Source of the DNA: Entomortierella parvispora E1425
Lineage: Eukaryota > Fungi > Mortierellomycota
Length of the DNA: 64,000 nucleotides
Direction: 5' to 3'
NCBI GenBank assembly: GCA_020891255.1
Contig: BQFW01000013.1
Coordinates: 1,922,001 to 1,986,000, forward strand
The stretch's first letter is position 1. Every line of letters begins with the position of its first letter. A model generated the notes under the pieces. That model made no database searches. It was given only the letters and a program-made list of their open reading frames with translations, and had not been told where the DNA came from. The position numbers were made by a program, and so were the translations under genes. Positions 39,701 through 52,190 of the stretch are shown in pieces.

Positions 39701-41697
39701 ATGGCCTCAATCAATCACCCCCCTGAAACTGTTGTCGTTGAACCAACAATGGTAGTGAACATCCCAGGACAGGGCTCTGTTCGTGGTGTCAGGAATAAAG
39801 ATAGTGACCTGGTTCGATTCTTGAACATCCCTTATGCCACGGTCACTAAGCGTTGGCGTAACGCAAGTCCAGTGAAAGCTTGGCGCGGTATTCGAGATGC
39901 AACTCACTACGGGTAACGTTGGAGGGTTTTTTTTATCGCGCAAAACCGAGTCTAGAGTGCCAATCTGCTATTCCACTGGTAGTAACACTCGTTGGTTTCG
40001 ACTTTTCCAGCCCTATGTGCCCGCAGCAGCTTGTTGGCAAGAGCACCGACGTATCTAAGCTATTCGGCATGCCAGCGGTGAATGATGGATTCCATTACTC
40101 GTTCTCTGAACGAGACTGCTTGAACCTCGCCATCTATGTTCCCGATCTGACTCGTGCTTCGCTCCCAGTTGGTGGGATTCCGGTTGTTGTTCGCATTCAT
40201 GGAGGAAGACTTCGCAATGGCGGAAATGCTCACCCGGTGCATGGTAGGGCGCAGCGCTCATTCTTTTTTTTTTCTTTGCTTTGGTAGATATTAATACGCG
40301 CTTTCTTATTAATTCATGGTTCATATTTCATATCGTGCAATTTCTCAGATATGTCGAATTTTGTCCTTGCATCGGTGAAGGCTCAAAAACCAGTGATAGC
40401 AGTTGCGATCAATTATCGCCTTGGCTGTCTTGGTTTTTTTGCTTCCAATGAGCTCGCCTTCGAGTTTGATTCCGATCCGGATAACATTTTACACAATCGA
40501 ACACATGACCAAGACCCTGCGTTCGGAAACTGGGGTCTGGCAGATCAGAGACTTGCCTTCGAGTGGATCCGAAAGAATATCGGGGCCTTTGGAGGGGACG
40601 CTTCGAATGTGACCGCTTTGGGATACTCTGCAGGCGGGACAGCAATCATGAACCACATGATGATCCCGAGCCATCATGGATTGTTCTCTAGAGCAATCGT
40701 GCACTCGGGTGGATCTACAGTTATCCTTGCGCGATACGCGTATTTCCAGTGCCAGAAAACTTTTGACCTGCTCTATAACTATGTCAGGGCTGTAAATACC
40801 GCGATCAAGTCAGCACAAGAAGATACACCCTACAGAAGTGTCCATGAACAAGAATTGCTCCAGCGTGCACATACCCTGCGAAACGCTTCTGTAGAAACTC
40901 TGATGCAAGCTCCACAGTTCAAGGGGAATAACAGCATTCTGTATCCCAATCTCGACAACAAGTTTTTATTCCCCAGCCCCAAGTCGCTTATTGCCAGTGA
41001 CTCACCTCACTTCGATCCTGGAGTCAAGTCCATCCTCTTTTCGAGCACTGCAAATGAAGGAACCCTTTTTACGAGTTCGAATGGAGCGACTAGCCTTCAG
41101 AAGTGGCGATCTTTTCTGGACCGCTGGGTTGATCCAAAGTTGCACCAAGACGTCGAATCTCTTTATGGGAAACCTCAGACTGATGCTGACGCAATAACAT
41201 TCTCTGGAGATATTGTTGGCGACATATTGGTAGCCTACCCTACTCTTTCATCCTGTCAAGGATATCTTGCACAGAAGGACGAACATCAAGTACTTTATCG
41301 ACAATACATCGACAGGTCACTCGAGGCTGTAGACAAGTGGGGCCAAGGACTTGGTGTGCCCCATGGGACCGATATGGCCTTTACAACAATGTCCGATCTG
41401 AACCAACTATATATGACAGAACGAGAGAAGGCATTCGGGTATCGTGTGATGGAAAAGTATCTCCAGTTCGCGTATGGGCTTGGCTTCGATGGATTGGATA
41501 GGATTGGCCACGGGGAAGCAGAGATCAAAGATGGTAACGGAGCAGTTGTTTGGTCCAAGGATTTTGAGTTCCGAACTGGGGATTTTGAGAGGATGAACAA
41601 CAGAAAAATTGATCTATGGCGAAAAAATGAAGAGTGGGCAGCCAGACAACGACCACCTCAGCCTTTAGGCTCTGCGAATGCCCGTCCGAAATTGTAG
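39701..41697 (+). CDS. Type-B carboxylesterase (alpha/beta hydrolase, COesterase family)
   Basis: Motifs FLNIPYA, ERDCLNLAIY, VRIHGG, AINYRLG, GNWGLADQRLAFEWIRKNIGAFGGD, nucleophile GYSAGG, ANEG (Glu) and GVPHGTD (His). Introns at about 39914-40012 and 40245-40349. Confidence 0.93.
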
Positions 41698-41875
41698 CCA
41701 AGCTATATCATCCTGCCAGCCGAAGCATTTACGTCAAAATTATCTGTGACTTCATATAAATCTATTTTTAGATATTTAGCCTGATGCATGCATCATGTGC
41801 CCATTGCACACTTCCCTCATCTCATCTGCATCCCATCCCTCGTCTTCCCCTCGTTTACTGCATGTCTTCTACATA

Positions 41876-43543
41876 ATGTACAAGCCGCCTAACCCATCCT
41901 CCATCCTGCCTACTGCTTCCGGCATGTCCTCGCCGACATTCCGCCCCAATCACCCCATCAGCAAAGTTCTAAAGTCAAGAGTTGTCAGGACCATCTTCCT
42001 CGCCTATGTGGGGTTTTGTGCACTCTTTGCATTGAAGCATCTGTTCACCTACCAAGCACAGCCAGAGCCGACCGTATACAAGCACTATGATCTCCAGCGA
42101 ACATACGATGCAGGTATGCCCAGGGAGAGCTGACCAGACCGCAGACGAACCCTCTAGTTTGACTGATACTGTTTTCTTTTCCACTCTCCACCAGATCGGC
42201 CCTACTCTGTCGTATCGAACCTTTCCTCCAACGTGATCCTTTCAAAGATGTTCACTTTCAGCACGCCAGATATCACTGACAATATTCAGCCATTCTTCTT
42301 CCGCTCGACTTCAAGCCCACGTTCTGATGAGATCACCCTGGCAACTTTTGTGCCTCAGGGCGAGCTCTCAGAGCTCTCGGCGTTGGTAGAACGATTTTCA
42401 GGTTTGTGCACCAGACCTGGTTCTAGAGTGCGGTTGTCATACCGTGCTTATATTATCGTATTTTTTTGCGCTTGTTGCTCACACGTGCTTTTTTTTTTTT
42501 TTTGTTGTGTAGGCCCTATATCTGTAGTGATTCATGTCGACCATTCACCAGATGTTGCTATGGCCACAAGCCCTATTAAGATTCTTCAGACACTTCGAGC
42601 CAGCAATCCGAAAGTTCGCCAGCAGGTTGATGTCCACCTTATTACAACTCCTGCCACTCATCGCCAGTCGAACGTGAACCAGCAAGGAAATCTTCATCGC
42701 AATATCGCACGTTTTTTTGCACGCACTGACTATGTGCTCTTGTTGGATGCTGATGGCGCGCTGCCTGTGACGGACGTTTCAAAAAGCTTTGCACTCTATC
42801 CCGGTTGGATGGAGAAACTTCGGACTGGAAACGTGTTTGTGTTGCCAGGATTCACTGTCTCCATGACGCCGGTCGATCAGGAGAACCCAACTGCTGAGCT
42901 GGTCCCAGCATTGAATCAGGCAAACATTCCAACAGATAAGACGACGCTGTTGGAAAATGTCCGGGATGGCACTGTTGTTCTATCAGAGAAAACCTGGAAA
43001 AGAACCATCAGGAACGTCGACTACAGTACCTGGGCTACACAAACTCATCTGAGCGCTATCCAAAACTATGACCCTTATTTCAGTCCTTCGGTTGTTATTC
43101 GGCGAGACAAAATGCTCTGGTGCCCAGAACGTTTTGGAAACAACCATGCTGCTTGTATGTTCGAGCTCTATCTTAGTGGAGCAGACTTTTGGGTACTGCC
43201 CTCTGACTTCACTGTGAATGCAGGTACAAGAAAGGAAGTTGAGGTCACAGAACGCGAGGTGAGTCTAGTCGAGTCCCCGAATGATCTGCCAAAAAAAAAA
43301 TTACGAAACTGAACTTTGACATTTGCTGATCTCACACTTTAGAAAACCATCAATACCCGACTCTACCAAAAATTCCATGAGGAGTCTTGTCTCAAGCATG
43401 CTCGTGCATTTTATGCAGCTGGCGAATGGGATTCTGACCGCGCTCGTCACTGCCGTATCAGTTGTCAAAAAGGTCAGTATTGAATAATTTTCAAGTTGCA
43501 AACGATAGCCTCTTCTCCCAAATGCTTTGCTCCACCGTAGTTG
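41876..43543 (+). CDS. Glycosyltransferase family 49-like (LARGE/B4GAT1-type) type II membrane protein; 3' end uncertain
   Basis: N-terminal TM helix (TIFLAYVGFCALFALKHLF), RNIARFFARTDYVLLLDAD (DxD), WCPERF..NHAACMFELYLSGADFWVLP and a Cys-rich C-terminus. The choice of last exon is ambiguous. Confidence 0.75.
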
Positions 43544-43618
43544 AAATGCTATCGCCGTGTTGAATACTCCGTTCATGACTTCGCAACAATCATTCTCCAA
43601 AAGTCGAGCGTTAACTCA

Positions 43619-43649
<31 letters not shown>

Positions 43650-44647
43650 GTCGTGAAAATAGTTCTTGCCGTTTGGGGTCTAGTTATTCGCCAAGCGTAG
43701 TTTTGGCCATCCTGCTGTATTATTATTAATTAATAAAATTCCTCCTAGCTATGGGAGCACTTACTTCATTTTGAAGGACAGCATCGTGTGGGTAAAATCA
43801 GGCCATATTCCGATCCAGAATTTAAAAAATCTCACAATACTGGCTTTAGTACGGCCTTGGCACTGCTGACCCAAATCCAGGCTTTGCACAAGGCAAGGTT
43901 ATTCAATGTTAACTTGCCATCTATTCTTCATATTACCCTTGACCGAGTTATTTGTGTGATGTTTAGCACCAAGGTGTGGGGTTCAGGACGACAGTCCTGA
44001 GTCGCAGTCCTTTTTTACTTATCCGATGTTTAAGAGCCCTCAGTGACTGGCACCTGCTGGACTATAAAAGACCTGCTGGTGCCTGTTTTACTTCTACTGA
44101 CTGCAATTGTTTGTAAGTGAGACCCCACGAGAATATCACAGTTTGATTGCTGCTCTCATATTGCTTGTACTCTTATCTCAGAAAGTTACATAACAGGTTG
44201 TAGAGGCGGTCTCGCCCGTCCTGTGAAACTAGGCCCCGATTACCTCGACCCAACTCCTTTGATATTCATTTTTTATAGCTTTTCTCTCAAAAAAGTACTA
44301 TTATCTCCTTTGGAAAGCACATTTTCTCCTGTCCATATCCTTTTCTCTGTCCCTTTTCATGTCCTTACTCGTATTGCTTCTTCTGTGTTTGTTCTTGTTC
44401 TTGTTCTTGTTCTTGACCTTGTCATCCCAGTGCCACGAAGCAATAGACGATAATATAAAACTGGTCATTAGTAATCTGCTGCTATTGTGCCTTTGAGATA
44501 CTGACACAATTTTTTTGTTATTCGAAGAATAAAATTATTCTGACATTCGCTAGTCGGACTTATTTAGTCTCTAATCTGAATTCTCCCCGACAAATGTTTC
44601 AAACATGACTGTCGCACGAGCAGAAAAAAAAAGGACCCAACCACGCA

Positions 44648-44933
44648 ATGCCCAGCCCTCCAAAAAAGCGTATTCTCACACGACGGCAGGCAGGCCCTAA
44701 TCCTTCCCTAGTGTCCCTTCCAGACACCCCTATTATCAAGCGCACAATCAAGCGTAAAGCTCGTTCACCATCAATTGAGGAGGATGAGGATGAGGATGAG
44801 GAAGAGAATGAGCCATTGATCCGCCGCAAAAAGGCCAGTGCTCCAATAGAAAAAGTGTCTGATTCACCCGCGAAACTTGGAGTTGTTGCACCGCCCAATG
44901 AGACTAAGAGTCAAATATCAGAAGAGTCCTCGC
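44648..44933 (+). pseudogene. 5' fragment of a basic/acidic (NLS-like) coding sequence cut off by the retrotransposon nest
   Basis: MPSPPKKRILTRR..KRKARSPSIEEDEDEDEEENEPLIRRKK reads as protein-like up to 44933, where the LTR-like element starts. Confidence 0.45.
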
Positions 44934-45449
44934 TGTGGTGTAGTAGATACAGATCACACATTCGTAGAAGTCAGTTTAGATACCCTTAAAAGATTGCGTT
45001 AATATAATTTCGTGTTCAGAGCAGTAATTGCTCTGGGTCGCTTCCTTCCCTACTTTTTCGTTTGCCTTTGTTTGATCGTTACAGAACACATACACATTCC
45101 CCCCCCCCACTTCCTGCCCGATATCCCCTTTGCAGCAGCAGCAAGATCGACGCCTTAATTCCGATTGCTGAGACTATTAGTATCTAGTCTAACCTCCTCC
45201 CCCCCCCCCCCCCCTTTACCTTTGGATATCACAGACCCTGTTCTGCCGATCAAGCTTGCCTTCGTTCAAGTCTTGAGCTTCCACCCGACTGAGATCTTTA
45301 TTGATATTTGGTTCACACAGTTTAGACAGTGAGATCCTGCAACGTCTATCCTCCCCCTCGCAAGCAATCCCCTTTCCCTAGATCACTTGTGACCAGCCCC
45401 TCTCTCCTTGAGCTACGACCGATCCCCAACCCATTGTAGCAACACCACA
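44934..45449. mobile_element. LTR-like segment F (516 bp, solo or recombinant)
   Basis: Perfect 8-bp terminal inverted repeat TGTGGTGT...ACACCACA with no coding content. The right end joins directly to family A integrase sequence. The flanks (CTCGC / ACGGA) do not form a TSD. Confidence 0.65.
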
Positions 45450-48400
45450 ACGGAAGGAGCTGGTCCCAGTTAGACTGCTTGTTGTCAATAAACGCTCTCA
45501 ACATAGTCTTCAGCGTCTTGTTCATAACCTCTGTCTGCCCATCCGTCTGTGGGTGGTAGGCGGTTGACAGTGCAAGTTTGACATCCATTAGCCTGTGCAA
45601 CTCTTGCCAGAATCTACTAGTGAATCGAGTGTCGCGGTCCGAGATGATGGATGTTGGTGTGCCATGCAGCTTGAAGATGTTGTTAAAAAACTGGTGGGCG
45701 ACGTCGACGGCTGTGGCAGAGGTAGTACTGGGAACGAAGTGAGCTTGTTTGCTGAGCTTGTCGACAAACACTGTGATGGCGTCAAAATTTCTAGCTGTGG
45801 GCGGAAGAGGGCCGATGAAGTCCATGGTGAGGTTGCAAGAGTCCAGCTGGTCGATCCTGGGAGTCCTTGTTCCTTTGACACTTCTCGCAGGTTGCTACAT
45901 ACTGCTGGGTATCCTTGGCGATGTGGGGCCAATATACGAAACGGCGCAGGTTGTCGTAAGTCTTCTGAAAACCAAAGTGTCCAGCAGTGGCGGATCGGGG
46001 AGTGCCGAGGGATGGCCAGGGTGGTTGCTCCACGTCGGGTAAAGTAGAGGAGGTTGTTCTGGAATGAATATCCATTGGCAACCTTCCCATGCAGGCAATC
46101 CTTGTAGATGGGTCCAAGTCGAGGATCGTCGTTGTAGTCCTGGACAAGCTGGTCACGGACGTCCGGGGACAGGGAGACGCTTAGGTTGTATAGCTCAACA
46201 GGGTCAGGCTCGCGGTAGTCCGGTCGTCGGGAGAGAGCGTCTGGGACGATGTTGTAAAGTCAAAGTCGTATTCCTGAAGCAACTCCATCCAGCGAGCCTG
46301 TCGACGAGTGAGTTTGGGCTGTGTGGGAAAGTGGCGCCAAGTGCGGAGCGCATGGATGACAGCCAACAGTTCCTGCTCATGGACAGGGTAGTTCCGCTCA
46401 GCTGACTGCATTTTCCTGGAAGTGAATGCGATGGGATGGGTATTCCCTTCCCGGTCAGTCTGCAGCAGCACTGCACCGATGGCGAAACCGGATGCATCTG
46501 TTTCGACAAAGGTGAGAGATCGGGGTCGAAGATGCGGAGGACGGGGGCGGAGCAGATGGCGCGTTTGAGCTGAAGGAATGCAGATTGTTGTTCGTCGGTC
46601 CATTTGAAGGGAGTGTTGTTGGCGAGGAGGGAAGAGAGAGGGAGGGCAATCCCTGCAAAGCCCGATACGTACTGTTGATAAAATTGCGCAAGCCCCAAAA
46701 ATTGCTGGACGTCCTTTGTGCTCTTGGGGGTGGGCCAGTCACTGATGGCTTTGCTGAGCCCGGCCGATGTTTTGATCCCGTCCTTCGTGATGGTGTGGCC
46801 CAAAAATTCAGTTTCGTCTTGCATGAAGGAGCACTTGCTCAATTTCGCGTACAGACCATTCTTGCGGAGGAGAGCCAGGACGCTTCGGAGATGCTGCAGG
46901 TGTTCTTTCTTTGTCTTGGAGTAGATCAACAGATCGTCGAGATACACGACAACCCATTTGTCCAAGACTGGATCGAGCACTCGCAACATCATATTGGAGA
47001 ACGAAGCAGGAGCGTTAGTAAGGCCAAAGGGAACAACAGGGAACAACATTGAACTCAAAGTGACCATAGCGACAACGGAAGGCAGTCTTGTGTGTGTGTG
47101 GTTCAAAGATACGCTGCTGATGATAACCGGATAACAAGTCCAACTTGGAGTAATAGCGTGCTCCACGGAAGCGGTCAAGTAGCTCGTCGATACGGGGCAA
47201 CGGGTGTCTGTTCTTCCTGGTGATCTTGTTGAGGCCACGGTAGTCGACGCACATTCGGAGTGTGCCGTCCTTCTTCCGCACAAAGAGCACGGGGGCGCCA
47301 TAGGGAGAGGTACTGGGCTTGATAAAACCTGCTGCTAGCAATTGGTCCAGTTGTTTGCGAAGTTCGTCAAGCTCGGCGATTGAAAGTCTAATGACAGGGC
47401 GGAAGGGTGGGTCGGCTGTCGGGTCGGTCTCGATCTTCATAGCATCACCACGGTCTGGGGGCAGGCCGTCCGGGAGTTTCTCCGGAAAGACATCAGCGAA
47501 CTCTTCCATGACAATGGACCGCACCTCTGGGGTCATATCGGGAATTGTACGCGGTTGGTCAGTTTCTTCAGAGGGCTCTGGGGTGTTGCGAATAAGGGCC
47601 AGGAACACCTCCGAGCCGGGCAGGGTTGCCATGGAATGAAAGTGCATGTGTGTGAGGAGGAGTCCTTTGGTGCGGCTTTGGATGTGATCGGCCTTGAAGC
47701 CGCGGCAGCTCCATTTGAACATCGATTCCATTGTGAGTGAAATGAAGATCGTTGGTGCGCCAATTGATGCAAGGGTTAACTTTGGTGAGCCAGGGTTTGC
47801 CAAGGATGAGGTCGTACTTGTTGAGAGGATAGAGAATAGGGTTGAGCGAATCGGAGTAGTCGCTGCGGTTGAGGGTGATGGGGACGGTGTGTGATGTGAG
47901 GGAGGAAGAGCCATTGGGGAGGAGGATGGGGATGGGCAAGCATTCAGTGCGGAGGAGCTGGTGTCGCTTTTGAAAAGACGAACTGATAATATTACCTTCT
48001 GCACCACCATCAATCAGGATTCTGGCAGCGTGGCCATTGACAGAACCGATGAAAGTGAGCAGTTGGCTCTCTGCCTTTTGGACAGTGAATTCGTGTAGGC
48101 GAATCGCACGACGCTTCAACTTCTTCAACTGACTTTTTGGACAGAGGTACACTAGGTGCCGGCGGTACAGCGAGAGGGTCCGGTTCATCTGTATCGGAGG
48201 ATCTAGGTAGAGGAGCGGACAGGGCAACTGGAGCGGGCGAGGCAACAGGTTTTTTGGTTTGGTTTTGGTTTCGGTCCGATAGAACAACCAGAGCATCGTG
48301 GATGTGAGTTCGCTTGTCATGATTGGAGTCATGTTTCTGAGGTGTAGAATCAAGTGAAGTTTTATTTGAGGTACTTAGCTCAGGGTTGTTGGCTACAGTT

Positions 48401-48856
48401 TCGACAACTGGGGTCCGGACCGACCCTAGTTGCCGGAGGCTTTTCCCGAATCAGGGGATTCACCCGCGGTTACTTGATTAATTCCTCGGCTGCCGTTGCC
48501 GTACTTGGGGCAATTGGGACTGATTGAAAAGTATATGGCACACGGAGTCAGTGAGAATAAGAGAGGGATCTCTGTTTTATTGAACCGGTCAGGATATTAT
48601 CCTGACCGTTGCCTCCGTGACTGTGCCTTGCTGCCAGCAGCATCATTTGCCGCTGCGCCACCAAATTATGCGACAGAACTTCCCCTCCCATGGAGAGCGA
48701 AGCGCGGGTTGACACTGCTGGTCAGTGAGAGGGTAAAAAATAAAACCTCTATGAAAATGTTATGGTTGAGGAAAAGTGAAAAACCTCTTGTCTTTGAGGA
48801 AAACCATGTGGTAAAAAACCTCTTTGCCTGTTAGGTCTTCTTTGCGTAGTAGCGTT

Positions 48857-51800
48857 TTAGTTCCTCGTTCTCGTTTGGTATCTCTTCGATCTTTGATCCT
48901 GTGGTCGCTTATTTTCTTTGAGAAGTTGCCAGTATTCTCTGATACATTGTTTTTCAATAAAGTTTTCTTCAGGTTCCCAAGTGTAGTCATCTTTGGAGTA
49001 GCCAGCCCATTTTGCTTTGTATTCCCACTCCCCCCTTTCGAGAAGGATGAGGACGGTGGTCGAGAATGTACTCGATCTCGAATATGGGCAGCGTATTTAA
49101 ATCCTCGAGTACGAGTTTGAGCTGGGATGGGGCATAGTTGCGACTGAGCGACTCGCCTGTACCATCTCTGAGCTCATAAGATCCACCGGTCGTGCGGCGC
49201 ACTACTGTGTACGGGCCTTCATACCGTGGCGTAAGTTTATTACCGCGGATGGGATCAAGTGTCATGACTTTTGCGCCATCAGGGAATTCATTATGCAGAA
49301 CTGTGGCATTGAATCGGGCGATCATTTTCTTTTGAGTCTCTTCTGATTTCTTGTCAATCGCTGGAAAGACAATTTCAGTCATGTATGCGAGACGATCACA
49401 GAGCTGCTTGTGGGTCATGACGTTCTTGGTAGATTTGGAGTAATTTTGGAAGCCATTGGCCTTGCGAGCGAAGAAGAGAGAGAACGGTGATGAATTATGG
49501 AGAGCAACGATTCTTGTATTCATTGCAAGCTGTGCCATGGGTACATGAAGGTCCCAAGTATCTTGTTTCTGATGATGTTCTTTCTTGAGGATGTCGACTG
49601 CGACTTTGACATGTCGTTCAGCAACGCCGTTTCCTCGAGGGTGATACGGCGTAAGTAGCCGGTGGTCAACGTTAAATTCAGAGGTCATTGCAAGCATGAC
49701 TTGGTTCACAAATTCCCTGCCGTTATCGGATTGTAAAACGCGAGGAAAGCCAACGGTACAAAATATATCAAACAGGGCTTTAGCGACAGTGTTTGCTTGT
49801 TTATCAGGGAGCGCTCTTAAGAAGACGAAGCGTGTGCATACGTCGACTACGATAAGAAGGATTTCATTGCCTTTCTTTGAGAGTTTGAACGGTCCCGCTA
49901 AATCCATAGCCATATGATCTCCTGGCAGGTTTGCGTGGATAGCTTTTAATGGATGATAGCCTTTGATACTAATATTGTACTTCTGACATTCCGAGCATTT
50001 CTTAACCCAATTCAAGCAGTCATCTGTGAGATGGGGCCATGTGTATTGTTCCGCATGTATAGACCGGACCATTGCATTCGCTCCAAGGTGGCCGAGGGCG
50101 TGGGTTTTGTACAATATATCGTCCTGCTTCTTTTTGCCATGAACGACTTCTAACATTGTGTCTTTGTTTTGCATGATGTGCATGTAAGCGTTGACTATGT
50201 GCCCATGGTTGGAGTCGTAGCGAGTCTGGATGGAGGCTGGGAACAGTCTAGACAAGTGATCTGGCAACACATTCATCACTCCAGGTCGGTATTCGACCGT
50301 AAAGTCATAACTCAGGATTGTTTCATGCCAGCCAGTGAGCATGGAGTTTAACTCTTTCTGCGAGTGAATGAACGTAAGTGCTCGATGATCTGTATACAGT
50401 GTAAAGTGTCTTCCCCAGAGGTAATAGTGGAATTTCGTGAGTGCAAACACGATTCCTAGCAATTCTTTTTGTGTGGCTGAATACCGTCGTTCTCTGTCTT
50501 GTAGAGAGCGTGCCATGAAGGATATGTATCTGTTCTCCCATTTTTTCTTGGATTCATTCCTGACTTTCTGGTAAAGGACCGATGCAATGCCTACGTTGGA
50601 TGCGTCAGTGGCGACGTAGAACGGCAGACCGAAGTCAGGGAAGTGCAAGATTGGTGCATGGCTTAGCAGTTTCTTGAATGTATTGAAAGCATCGAGTTCG
50701 TCTGCATTGAGTTTGAACACTTTTGTTTCATGCCTCAACTTATCCAATGGCGCTGCCAACGTACTGAACAGCGGGATGAATTCTCGAAAGAAATTAAATG
50801 TGCCCATGTAGGACTGAATCTGATTGCCTGTGGTTGGTGGAACCCACTGGTCGATATTGGCTAGCTTGGTAGGATCTACCCGTTTGCCAGCCAAGTCAAT
50901 GACAAAGCCGAGAAGTACAATCTGTGTTGCGAAGAAGTGTGATTTTTCTGGGTTGATAATAAGCTTTGCTTCTGTTAGGCGTTCGATTACACACTTGACG
51001 TGCGCTGCATGCTCTTCCTTGGTCTTGGAGAAAATAACGATGTCGTCAATGAACACCAGGACAAAGGGCAAGTCCCCCAAGATGCGTGTCATTCCGCGTT
51101 GGAATATGCTTGACAGTGGCTTAAGTCCGAATGGAGCTCGTCGGAACATATATTGAGTTCCTCGGTGCATGAATGCAGTGAGTGGTTGATGTCCTGCTTC
51201 GATAGGTAACCGGTGATATGCTTGCGTCAAATCGAGCGTTGTATAAATCATGTGGCCACCTATCTGTTGTAAGATGTCCGATATTAATGGTACTGGATGG
51301 TTGTCATCCTTTAATAATTTGTTCAGAGGACGTGGGTCTAGGCAAACCCGCCATTTCGTTTTATTGCCGAGGAGATCTTTCTTGGCCGCGAGAGTTAGCG
51401 TGTTATTGTGCCGATTGTTGGCCGGAGCAAGTGTGATAACTCCATCTTTAAGCCATTTGTCAACTTGTTCGTCGAAAATATGCTGTTGCTGTTCAGCAAA
51501 CGTCCTTGGTCTGCGATAAATAGTCGTGCCCTCAGGAACATCCAAGAACACGTGCATCTCTGGTAGAGTGCAGTAGCTGTCTAGCGGTATCTGTGCGTTG
51601 TCCTTTATCGAGTCTTGGATTTCACTCATGAATTGTGCTTTGAGTTTCTTGAACTTGTCAGTAAGTTCTTCGATTGGTGTTTCCAATGGTAACACGGATG
51701 GCTTTTCATCTGGTGTTGGCGTTGGCAGAGTCTGTGCGTTTGCTCGTCCGTCTGCAATGCCTCCGATTGAGAACCCTAGTTTGTTAAATAGGTCCATGCC

Positions 51801-52190
51801 AATGACAAATGGGTATTGTAGGTCAAACAGTTCAAATGAGGCGAGAAGCGAATGTTCATTGCATTCTACTTCTATATGTTCTGTTACTCCTGTTCTTGCT
51901 ACATGCATTTTCTTGTGCCCGAGGAAGATGTTTCCCCGTGCTTTGCTGACCTCAATTTTCAGAGCTTCTACTAATGACTTGTCTATGAATGACTTCGTGG
52001 CTCCAGAATCAATTAGTGCTTCAAATTGAAGGCCTTCGAAGTAGATCGGTACTACAAGTCTCTTGTCATTGTCGTTCTGGTCACCCATTTCATTGTATAT
52101 AAGTGTTTCAAACATGTGTGATTGCTCATCGTTTATTGTCATGTGCTCCTGTGGTATGTCTTGTGACATTCTACTTTCCCTCCCCCGCAT
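48857..52190 (-). CDS. Element B Pol (PR-RT-RH-IN-chromodomain), with one extra G in the chromodomain
   Basis: ALIDSGAT, VFIDD, ATDAS, HALGH..CSEC, AMDLAGPF, LQSDNGREF, RYEGPY. Removing one base from the C6 run at 49030-49035 restores chromodomain EIEYILDHR..GEWEYKAKWAGYSKDDYTWEPEENF, ending at TAA 48857-48859. Confidence 0.92.

Noticed and set aside
48520-48680. Short direct repeats (LTRs, hairpin units) as a CRISPR-like array
   Set aside because: There is no regular repeat-spacer periodicity, the context is eukaryotic, and the repeats are explained as LTRs.
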